Positions 31,132-38,448 of a stretch of DNA of 56,444 bases are shown piece by piece. Under the pieces are notes generated by a model, which was not told the origin of the DNA, did no database searches, and saw nothing but the letters and a program-made list of their open reading frames with translations. Where the stretch lies: the IMG/VR virus record IMGVR_UViG_3300037585_004733, positions 1 through 56,444 of that record; one strand, written 5' to 3'. Position 1 is the stretch's first letter. Each line of letters begins with the position of its first letter. The position numbers and the translations under genes are program-made. The DNA comes from a virus. Taxonomy: Duplodnaviria > Caudoviricetes.

Positions 31132-32739
31132 CTAAAAAGGCAGTTCAGCATCATTTAAATTAACCCTTGCTTCAGAAATCGTAGGATTAGATCTATATTG
31201 ATCTAATAATGATTGCTCGAGATCTGATGGTGGTTCAAGTTCTTCAAATTCAATCTCAAAATGTTCATGACCTTCAAAAACGTTTTGAACCCAACTATTT
31301 ACATCTTCATAATCGGACATATGCAGGTATTCAATAGCATCTGAAAAATCTATTCTATGAAGATTTATCATTAAAGCTCTAGATAGTCCTGTAGAAGCCC
31401 TACAATTAAAGTGATTAGCAAATTGAGCTTGAAATTCACCTATATAGTGACTAGTAGATTCATAAATATCTAGCCATTTGCGTTTTAATTGATAATAAGA
31501 CCAATTTTCATAATCATCATATGCGGTATTTCCCATTAATCGTAAATCTATTATCAATGCTTCTGATTTTGAGAGTATATCTGTATCGTTAGATCCATAT
31601 ACTTCAATATATTTTTCACAATCAGTTCTTAATAGACATTTATTAACATCACAATAGCTATCTTTCTTATCAATATTGTGATTAATTGAGTAATTGCAAT
31701 TATCACCTCTTGATGAGAAATTTATACCTATATTAGTCCATACTAATGTATCCATTCCGGGTAATTGTCCGAAAAACATATTTTGATATGAATTTAATGG
31801 TCCAGTAGTGCCTATTTTAAAAGATTTAGTCCATTGAGATATTAACATATGATATGCTAATAAATCACCACTATAAGTGGCATTTTTTATATCACTAACA
31901 TAATTACCAAAGCAAACTTGTCCATAACTATCAATTTGACTTCCATGATGATTGAAAATAGGAACTGATGCACTTGATGATAGGTTATTCGGGTTATTTA
32001 TGTAGGGAAATTTTATTCCTTCAAATAATGGCCTAAAAGTAGCGCCATGTGTATCAGATGTATGAGAAGTTGCACTATTAGATCCCAATGTTTGCCCTTT
32101 AATTGACTCAGTAAGCAACTGGATCAAGTCTACACTAGTAAAAACATTAATATCTCCCATTGAAACGATAATTTCTTCATCTCCTGCATATATAGTAGTA
32201 TGAACATTTTTAATTGTAGTTCTAAAAATAATACAATCTCTTTCAATATTTTCATACATACCTATCTTTTTGGATGTAACATAATCTATAGTAGTTTCAA
32301 TATTGTCAATTAAATTATTGGCTGACTCTAGTTGAGACTCTATTTTTTGGATATAATTAGTCATTATTTCTTCTACTTCTTCATCATGTTTCTTAAAATT
32401 TGTATTAGATGCTCTTAATCTATACAAATCATTATCTATAGAAGAAATACTTTCTTTAAATTGATTTATCATCCATTGTTTTTCACTAATAGCATTAAAA
32501 TATGTTGATATTTTTCTTTTTTGGGGAATATCAAACTTATTTAGTACTACATTATGTAACTTTTTATAAAATCTAGGCTGCCATCTAAAAGTTGGAGTTA
32601 TTCTAAAATCAGTTCCAAATCTTTGATTCATTCGCCTTAGTTTTAATAAAATTCTTTCTTGTGGTCCAGCAATTAAATCATTAGCAATTTTCTTTAGATT
32701 GATTAGATTTAAATTTAAGTTCTTTAATGTATAGTGCAT
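31132..32739 (-). CDS. Putative E2-like conjugating enzyme with N-terminal coiled coil and Cys cluster
   Basis: FPYI...GQVCFG...DLLAYHMLISQW resembles the E2 HPxI...GxxC plus helix core; lies between Ubl and JAB. Confidence 0.55.
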   Translation of the reverse strand: MHYTLKNLNLNLINLKKIANDLIAGPQERILLKLRRMNQRFGTDFRITPTFRWQPRFYKKLHNVVLNKFDIPQKRKISTYFNAISEKQWMINQFKESISSIDNDLYRLRASNTNFKKHDEEVEEIMTNYIQKIESQLESANNLIDNIETTIDYVTSKKIGMYENIERDCIIFRTTIKNVHTTIYAGDEEIIVSMGDINVFTSVDLIQLLTESIKGQTLGSNSATSHTSDTHGATFRPLFEGIKFPYINNPNNLSSSASVPIFNHHGSQIDSYGQVCFGNYVSDIKNATYSGDLLAYHMLISQWTKSFKIGTTGPLNSYQNMFFGQLPGMDTLVWTNIGINFSSRGDNCNYSINHNIDKKDSYCDVNKCLLRTDCEKYIEVYGSNDTDILSKSEALIIDLRLMGNTAYDDYENWSYYQLKRKWLDIYESTSHYIGEFQAQFANHFNCRASTGLSRALMINLHRIDFSDAIEYLHMSDYEDVNSWVQNVFEGHEHFEIEFEELEPPSDLEQSLLDQYRSNPTISEARVNLNDAELPF

Positions 32740-32899
32740 TTTTTAATTCTCCTTTGCATTGATTGCATTTTACTTTTTTTAATCCATAAGTAGGGAAGCC
32801 TTCATATACTTCGCTACAAATTGTACGTTTATTATAATTATATTGCTCTAGCCAGACACCTTTACATACAGGACAAGCTTTTAACTCATTTTTATTCAT
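32681..32899 (-). CDS. Zinc-ribbon protein
   Basis: CPVCKGVW...CNQC. Confidence 0.65.
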   Translation of the reverse strand: MNKNELKACPVCKGVWLEQYNYNKRTICSEVYEGFPTYGLKKVKCNQCKGELKNALYIKELKFKSNQSKENC

Positions 32900-32918
32900 T
32901 TAAAGATTCCTTAATTAT

Positions 32919-33229
32919 ATTCTAAGCCACACTCTCTTAATACGCAGTCAACACATTAATTTCAATCACTTGAATAAAATGTGGCTTTAGAATGTTAAAA
33001 TTATGTCATAACAATTATTATACAGTATAAACAGTGACACTCGAGGTATGCTATCTCACCTGCAATTAAAGATAAAGATCAGGCAGTCCTTTATCTGCTA
33101 TGACATATAAATATTTGGGGAAGCCTAACTCCTTAAACTTCCCCTATGCGATGACAGTCTCATGCTTTCAGGCCATGATGAGTAGTTCACCAACTATCAT
33201 TTAATTTTTGGGTGGTTTAACCTCCACCC
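32919..33229 (-). ncRNA. Cluster of structured intergenic RNA elements inside the Ubl cassette
   Basis: Inverted repeats at 32919-32993, 33002-33107, 33117-33144 and 33210-33229. Confidence 0.45.
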
Positions 33230-33253
33230 TAGGTTCAGGAGACAATTAATGTC

Positions 33254-33460
33254 TTAACAACCACCAGTCTTATTCGACTGAACTGCAGCTACTAAGTCAT
33301 CATCTTGCAATTGATAAGAACTACTTACATTATCGCCATTAACAGCAATAGTTGCATTAGAATCAATATTTAATTCTTCACGCAATTCGCAAATAGTTTC
33401 ACTTTTAACTTCCTGTGTGACGAATCCGCCACCACTTAACACTTTGATCTTACGAGCCAT
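33254..33460 (-). CDS. Ubiquitin-like beta-grasp protein ending GG-C
   Basis: KIKVL...TICELREEL...IAVNG...YQLQDDDLVAAV...KTGGC; 68 aa; GGAG RBS. Confidence 0.88.
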   Translation of the reverse strand: MARKIKVLSGGGFVTQEVKSETICELREELNIDSNATIAVNGDNVSSSYQLQDDDLVAAVQSNKTGGC

Positions 33461-33477
33461 TGTGTGCTCTCCTTATC

Positions 33478-34161
33478 TTACGAGTTAACTAGTATATCAT
33501 CATCACCATCAGAATTGATAGTCAATGATAATTCTTTTCTTTCTTCTACAGCTTTAATTACTTCATCACGAGGTATCATAAAGCTCATAGCAGACTTTAG
33601 AGTATATGCTGAGCCTACATTAAAGACCCAATATAATACTTTACGTAAAGAACGTTTAGTCACTTTACCAGTATATGAAGCATACATATTAATTGTAGCT
33701 AAATAAGTAAAAGGACTTTTATTTTCTTTATTAATACGTTTTAGTACCGGAATACCGCCTAACGTTTTAAGAGCAGTGATACAATTATGAGTTCTATCAC
33801 TTATTCTATTATGCCCACCTTTAAGATATATTTCAAGCTCTTGGGATGGACTCATTTTCATAACGCCATCATTAGTATGCATAAATAATTCTTCATATTC
33901 TTTCTTTGAAGATATATCTTTTACTACTAATGCAGGTATTTGTGCATCGGGGTCAATATAAGATAGAGCTGTAGCTCTTCTATGTCCGTCGATTAACTTT
34001 TTGTCTTCAGTTATAAGTACTGGAGTAATAACACCAGTTTTCTTAAAACTCAAGGCTAATGATTTAACTTTATTAGTTCTTTCTGCCGGGTTTAAGCTTG
34101 AATATTTCAGCTCTTTAACCGGAATAGATATTAAATCATAATCATATTGTTTTAATTGCAT
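33478..34161 (-). CDS. ParB/Srx N-terminal domain protein
   Basis: IPVKEL...LNP...LALSFKKTGVITPVLI...LIDGHRRATAL. Confidence 0.85.
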   Translation of the reverse strand: MQLKQYDYDLISIPVKELKYSSLNPAERTNKVKSLALSFKKTGVITPVLITEDKKLIDGHRRATALSYIDPDAQIPALVVKDISSKKEYEELFMHTNDGVMKMSPSQELEIYLKGGHNRISDRTHNCITALKTLGGIPVLKRINKENKSPFTYLATINMYASYTGKVTKRSLRKVLYWVFNVGSAYTLKSAMSFMIPRDEVIKAVEERKELSLTINSDGDDDILVNS

Positions 34162-34393
34162 TTTTGCCTTCTTTCTTTTCTTTTATTGGTTCACCGGCTG
34201 CATCTCTAATTGAGAAGAGCCCTTTTATTTCATCTTCACTACTATCGTCATCAGTATGATTTAAGATAGCGTCTACATATCCTAAGATATAAGTTTCTGC
34301 TTCTTGCATGTAATCAAATGGACGGAGAGGGTGATCAGAGACCACCCCATCCTCTTTGACAGACAAGAACACAATATAATTAGGCTGTTCCAT
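34142..34393 (-). CDS. Hypothetical protein
   Basis: ORF tiles within the operon. Confidence 0.6.
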   Translation of the reverse strand: MEQPNYIVFLSVKEDGVVSDHPLRPFDYMQEAETYILGYVDAILNHTDDDSSEDEIKGLFSIRDAAGEPIKEKKEGKNAIKTI

Positions 34394-34580
34394 TGTTGCT
34401 ATTCCCTTGCTTTTTAAGGAACCTAAGACCGGTTAATTCAAAATATCGTCTTTTGGTTGCCTCTATAAGAGTATCAGTTACGGTAACGCCAAATTCAGTC
34501 TTAGCTCCTAAGCCAAGCTTCTTGAATTTCTTTAATTGTCCTTTATAGAAACCTATTAGTTCTATGCGATTAATTGTCAT
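34380..34580 (-). CDS. Hypothetical protein
   Basis: Likely start MTINRIELIGFY at 34580 with AGGAG RBS. Confidence 0.6.
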   Translation of the reverse strand: MTINRIELIGFYKGQLKKFKKLGLGAKTEFGVTVTDTLIEATKRRYFELTGLRFLKKQGNSNNGTA

Positions 34581-34920
34581 TCTTTCTCCTTTCAAGAATA
34601 TATTGTACGTGTATTTCTTTGGGCATCTTCCCGCCGAAGTAATGTTTTGTTGCAGCACATAGCCACATAGTACTTGTAGTAGTATATTCATCATAAACAC
34701 CACCACCAGACTCTTCATGTTGTAAATGTAAAGTATAATCTGATGTTGGAAAGCTTCTATTTGAAAATACGAGACTAATCTTTTCGTCTCCTTTAGCAAG
34801 ATAATCCAAGAAAGTATCTGCTCCTGCTACAAATGGTTCTTTTACTAAGTTATAATTTGGCTCATCAAACACCCACATAGGGCCATGTTTATAAGCATTT
34901 ATAACACTTAAACTGTTCAT
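34570..34920 (-). CDS. DUF6717-like protein
   Basis: MNSLSVI.AYK...WVFDE...LVKEPFVAGAD...WLC...YF...P pattern. Confidence 0.7.
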   Translation of the reverse strand: MNSLSVINAYKHGPMWVFDEPNYNLVKEPFVAGADTFLDYLAKGDEKISLVFSNRSFPTSDYTLHLQHEESGGGVYDEYTTTSTMWLCAATKHYFGGKMPKEIHVQYILERRKNDN

Positions 34921-35237
34921 TAATACATCTCCTTTTCTCTTGATTGCATAAAAGAATTATATTCTTTCTTTTCATGTATAGTACAATTCTTGCATATTAA
35001 ATCGTATCTGTAATATTCTTGAATTGTATTTTCATCTAGCAATACTATTTGATATAATCTTCTCGTTTCCGGATGATTACTATATTTTTTACATAAGGCA
35101 TCTATACCATTCCATATATGTGCTTTCCTATTACTTCCATCATAATTTAGTTTAGCATCATCAAATGGAATTAGAAATACAGAGCCTAAGTCTGGTCTTA
35201 ATAACTCGGAATTTAATTCCCAATTCTTTTCTAGCAT
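34920..35237 (-). CDS. Hypothetical protein, possible Zn site (H...C...CxxC)
   Basis: AHIWNGIDALC...ICKNC. Confidence 0.6.
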   Translation of the reverse strand: MLEKNWELNSELLRPDLGSVFLIPFDDAKLNYDGSNRKAHIWNGIDALCKKYSNHPETRRLYQIVLLDENTIQEYYRYDLICKNCTIHEKKEYNSFMQSREKEMY

Positions 35238-35249
35238 TATGTCTCCTTT

Positions 35250-35276
35250 AAATTAAGGGGGCAGTTTCCCACCCCC
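35250..35276 (-). terminator. GNRA-capped hairpin, probable intrinsic terminator
   Basis: Minus strand GGGGGUGG-GAAA-CUGCCCCC followed by UUAAUUU. Confidence 0.6.
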
Positions 35277-35280
35277 ATAA

Positions 35281-35388
35281 TTACCACATAATTATGTGTT
35301 TAATAAAGTATACTATTCCTAACCATAGCAATGTATTCAATGCTATTAACATACATAGTTCAAAATAGTCTTTAAGTGGCCTAAACAT
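35281..35388 (-). CDS. Small TM peptide (35 aa)
   Basis: Manual translation MFRPLKDYFELCMLIALNTLLWLGIVYFIKHIIMW. Confidence 0.4.
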   Translation of the reverse strand: MFRPLKDYFELCMLIALNTLLWLGIVYFIKHIIMW

Positions 35389-35617
35389 TTATTAGCTTCC
35401 CATAATGTTTTTGCATATTATTAAGAAGATTAGAAGAATCATCTTTTACATTAGATATTCTTTTCTGCTCTAATGCTACAGCTTGTATAATAATGGGATT
35501 ATCTAATTCAGTTCTATATGTTGATAGTTCTTTAAGTTCACTATCAAGTTTCTCGATATAATTAGATAAACTATTAATCACAATAGTCACTTCTTTATTT
35601 TCTACGTTAAGCTTCAT
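35381..35617 (-). CDS. Hypothetical coiled-coil protein
   Basis: Likely start MKLNVENKEV with GAGGAG RBS. Confidence 0.6.
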   Translation of the reverse strand: MKLNVENKEVTIVINSLSNYIEKLDSELKELSTYRTELDNPIIIQAVALEQKRISNVKDDSSNLLNNMQKHYGKLINV

Positions 35618-36020
35618 TACGCATCTCCTCATTTTTTTGTTTAGAATCAGGTGTATCTCCAAAGCCAAATGATTCTAGTAAGTCACTTTGTGAGCTCTCA
35701 TCTAGATTATGTAGCGTTTTATGGAAATCATTAAGGTCATCCATCAATGTATTAACAAATTCTTGCTCTTCATCGCTGGCCTTTCTACTTAGCTCTACTT
35801 TATCAGTATTTAATCTAAACTGTAGGGCTTGAGTTAACATTATCCATTCTTTATATTTATTATCTATTATAGCATCAGATAGAATAGTAAAGAAATCACC
35901 ATGTTTTCCGGGCACTTTGATAAAAGCTTTTCTCAACTGTATAATACAATTATGAAGCTCAGTCATTATTTGTAAATAAAACTGCGCAGGCAGCTCTTTT
36001 ACACTTTTTATCTTGGTCAT
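35607..36020 (-). CDS. Hypothetical protein
   Basis: AAGGAG RBS, 137 aa. Confidence 0.7.
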   Translation of the reverse strand: MTKIKSVKELPAQFYLQIMTELHNCIIQLRKAFIKVPGKHGDFFTILSDAIIDNKYKEWIMLTQALQFRLNTDKVELSRKASDEEQEFVNTLMDDLNDFHKTLHNLDESSQSDLLESFGFGDTPDSKQKNEEMRNEA

Positions 36021-36069
36021 ATTGTCTCCTTTGACTTTATGCGTTAATTAATTTGTTTGATAATATCCC

Positions 36070-36130
36070 AGCACATAGCCCAAAGCCATTGAAAACTCCA
36101 CTCGAAGTTGCTTTATATGGACTACGCACC
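36070..36130 (-). ncRNA. Small structured RNA element
   Basis: 12-bp outer stem completed by G-U pairs on the minus strand; inner stems AAAGC/GCUUU and AACUUC/GGAGUU. Confidence 0.5.
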
Positions 36131-36141
36131 AAGAATAATAA

Positions 36142-36543
36142 TGTGTGTGTATGCAAGACTTGATTAGTTACTTGCAAGAATCCGCTTCTATCCCCTAGTG
36201 AAAGGGCAATATCCTCTTGTTAGACTGTCGTCCTATCCTTATACTCCCTTGCGAGGAATACATTAGACAAAGCTATCATAGCTAATTAAGAGTGCATACA
36301 CCATGAAGAATGGTTAAGTATGCTTAATACCGGGAAAAGACTAATCTTTTCTATTTAACTGAATCCTACATTGGGTCAGTGATTAACTGTGCACTGTATC
36401 ATTTGATACCTGGTGCGAGTACAACCTCTACGCCTCTCTCGGCTTCCCAATTACCTGCACTACAATCTTTTCCATTATAGCTACACAGGTTTATACATAA
36501 ACCATATCATACACCGGATCAAGGTGTAAGTATGAACACACAA
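36142..36543 (-). ncRNA. Putative large multi-helix ncRNA (about 400 nt)
   Basis: No ORF of 60 aa or more; closing helix UGUGUGU/ACACACA; about ten internal hairpins, including a GCAA tetraloop. Confidence 0.6.
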
Positions 36544-36666
36544 ATTTAATAATAAAGCACATCACATCTTTCATCTCTAAGCTATTGATTTAGATGTATA
36601 ATGTGCCACGATATCGTTATGAAGGCTAATAAACAGGGCCGTTGCTACGATATACTTTTAATTTAG

Positions 36667-36736
36667 TTGCGGGGGACAGAGTCGAACTGCCCAGATCAAG
36701 CTTATGAGGCTTAAATTGCTACCGGCATTCCCCGCT
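36667..36736 (-). tRNA. tRNA-Met(CAU)-like, atypical short D arm, A1:A72 mismatch
   Basis: Acceptor GCGGGG/CCCCGC; anticodon arm TAAGC-CTCATAA-GCTTG; T arm GGCAG-TTCGACT-CTGTC; no encoded CCA. Confidence 0.8.
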
Positions 36737-36743
36737 GGAAAGA

Positions 36744-36796
36744 CGCTCTGGTGTCATCTAAGTGACAAGGTTAATAAAGGACCTTAATCCAGAGCG
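36744..36796. ncRNA. Three-way-junction element adjacent to the tRNA
   Basis: CGCTCTGG/CCAGAGCG enclosing TGTCA/TGACA and AAGGT/ACCTT. Confidence 0.5.
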
Positions 36797-36809
36797 CTTG
36801 AAGAAGAAC

Positions 36810-37106
36810 TTATCTTATAAAGTTTCTAATCTTTTTACCTAACTGCATATTATTAGGAGTTTTATCTACAATCTTCTTTATTTCTTTGGTATAGCATTCT
36901 AAGCATTTATTAGCTTCACATATTTCATTTGAATCAATGATATTCAATACGTCAAGTAGTGCTCCACGATATGCGTGATTAGCTTCATACTCAGTGCATG
37001 ATAGATCACCATAATGACTATCCCATTCTTTATCTATTCTAGCTTTCTCGGCTTCATTATCTGCCATTAACTCTAGAACTGCTGCTTTGATTTGTTCTGT
37101 ATTCAT
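36810..37106 (-). CDS. Hypothetical early protein
   Basis: Likely start MNTEQIKAAV with AAGGAG RBS. Confidence 0.65.
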   Translation of the reverse strand: MNTEQIKAAVLELMADNEAEKARIDKEWDSHYGDLSCTEYEANHAYRGALLDVLNIIDSNEICEANKCLECYTKEIKKIVDKTPNNMQLGKKIRNFIR

Positions 37107-37125
37107 GATTGTCTCCTTTGAATAA

Positions 37126-37410
37126 TTATATTTCACCTTCCATTGCTGCCAATTCTTGTTCACGTAATTCATGTTCTTCATCTTCACAGACAGGACACAT
37201 GTACAACTCACATGTAGGATAATCATGAGGAATAATACAATCATCCAATACATCGATAGTTTCAATATGGATAACAGCAGTATCATTGATATCATCCATA
37301 CGATGATTTAATAAGTTGAAGTGTTGATTAGCTTGATCATAATCACTGTAAGTTGCTTGAACTGAACGACGATTATCTAACTCTGTTACATATACTTGAT
37401 ATACTTGCAT
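37126..37410 (-). CDS. Hypothetical early protein with Cys/His cluster
   Basis: AGGAG RBS; C...H...C...CPVC. Confidence 0.65.
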   Translation of the reverse strand: MQVYQVYVTELDNRRSVQATYSDYDQANQHFNLLNHRMDDINDTAVIHIETIDVLDDCIIPHDYPTCELYMCPVCEDEEHELREQELAAMEGEI

Positions 37411-37511
37411 TTGATTCTCCTGATTGGTATAAGTTTATTATAATAAGACGTACGAGTGCAGGTGTTAAGACCCACACTCATTGCCTATATAGATTGACCC
37501 GGAAAACCTCC

Positions 37512-37754
37512 CTAAAGGGAGATTTCCACTGTGTTGCTGGGTGTTGGAACCATTGACTGCAAATCCTTGAGAGTAAGGAAGTAAACTGCAGTTGATTGCT
37601 CACCAGTTTCACGGTTCACCTTGTTGCGATGCAACTCAAATACATCTTCACCATTAACAATGTGAGTCTTGACCCACTTGGCTTGGACTGGGGGATAAGT
37701 TCTGCCATCGATAGTCCATACGATAGGCATTGTGTCTTCGATTTTGTAAGTCAT
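37512..37754 (-). CDS. Hypothetical protein, first gene of the minus-strand arm
   Basis: GGAGG RBS. Confidence 0.7.
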   Translation of the reverse strand: MTYKIEDTMPIVWTIDGRTYPPVQAKWVKTHIVNGEDVFELHRNKVNRETGEQSTAVYFLTLKDLQSMVPTPSNTVEISL

Positions 37755-37872
37755 AATAGACCTCCATTTTGGATTGAAAAATAACGTAATGTGGTATGTA
37801 AAAACCCACTCAATGGGGTACGTGGTCAGTTGTTTAGGGGAGCATACAAATTCTACAATTTTTGAAACCTCT

Positions 37873-37900
37873 TTGAAAGTTAACGAAAAAGTATTATATT
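37873..37900 (+). promoter_or_regulatory. Putative sigma70-like promoter TTGAAA-N16-TATATT
   Basis: Located at the divergence point, upstream of the first + arm ORF. Confidence 0.4.
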
Positions 37901-37923
37901 ACCGGTAATAAAAGGGGGCCTAA

Positions 37924-38076
37924 ATGACATGGGCGAATTTAATTACAATTTTATATACGGTGAGTCTAACTATGGTTATGAAGCACCTCGATACTATGCC
38001 TGGGTATTCGTGCCCGGAGTATTGTGGAGTGCAGCATAAGCATTATCCTTTGGATTCACAATCCGATTTGGAGTAG
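37924..38076 (+). CDS. Small protein with hydrophobic N-terminus and CPxYCxxxHxH motif (50 aa)
   Basis: Manual translation MTWANLITILYTVSLTMVMKHLDTMPGYSCPEYCGVQHKHYPLDSQSDLE. Confidence 0.5.
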   Translation: MTWANLITILYTVSLTMVMKHLDTMPGYSCPEYCGVQHKHYPLDSQSDLE

Positions 38077-38135
38077 TAGAACACCAATTTTACTAAGTTG
38101 TTGTTTTATAGGGACTTAGCACTTTAAAAAAGTAT

Positions 38136-38164
38136 TTGACTTTAGGTTAAAAGCTTAGTAAACT
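38136..38164 (+). promoter_or_regulatory. Sigma70-like promoter TTGACT-N17-TAAACT
   Basis: Near-consensus -35/-10 with an A-rich upstream tract. Confidence 0.7.
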
Positions 38165-38201
38165 AGTGGAGTGTTTTATATACAATTTAAGGAGACTTGA
38201 C

Positions 38202-38381
38202 ATGAAGAGATATATACTTGAGATTGCTTATAATGATGAGACTGAAGAGATTGAATATTTAACAGAAGAAATACTACATGAAGATACTACATTCTATTAT
38301 GGAGATATTGATCTTGGAGAGTATTTTGATGAAGAGACTATGGAGCTACTCAAAGATGGATATATTATAGGAGATTCATAA
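38202..38381 (+). CDS. Small acidic hypothetical protein
   Basis: Likely start MKRYILEI with AAGGAG RBS. Confidence 0.65.
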   Translation: MKRYILEIAYNDETEEIEYLTEEILHEDTTFYYGDIDLGEYFDEETMELLKDGYIIGDS

Positions 38382-38448
38382 TTTCTTCTTAACGCAAACA
38401 AGCGTTTGCTAAAGAAATTGCAACAAGGATGGTCAATAAGGAGGTGAG

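Noticed and set aside
29547-33460. Thiamine/molybdopterin sulfur-relay (ThiS/ThiF) auxiliary metabolic genes
   Set aside because: No thiG, moaE, desulfurase, rhodanese or thiouridylase is recognisable; JAB and an E2-like gene fit conjugation better, though a sulfur role is not formally excluded.
33478-34161. Plasmid-prophage partition system
   Set aside because: No ParA, parS array, repressor or integrase is seen.
36744-36796. Hammerhead ribozyme or second tRNA
   Set aside because: Lacks the CUGANGA/GAAA core and a T-loop consensus.
37991-38025. Hairpin in the divergence region
   Set aside because: Imperfect and inside the 37924-38076 ORF; could be chance.
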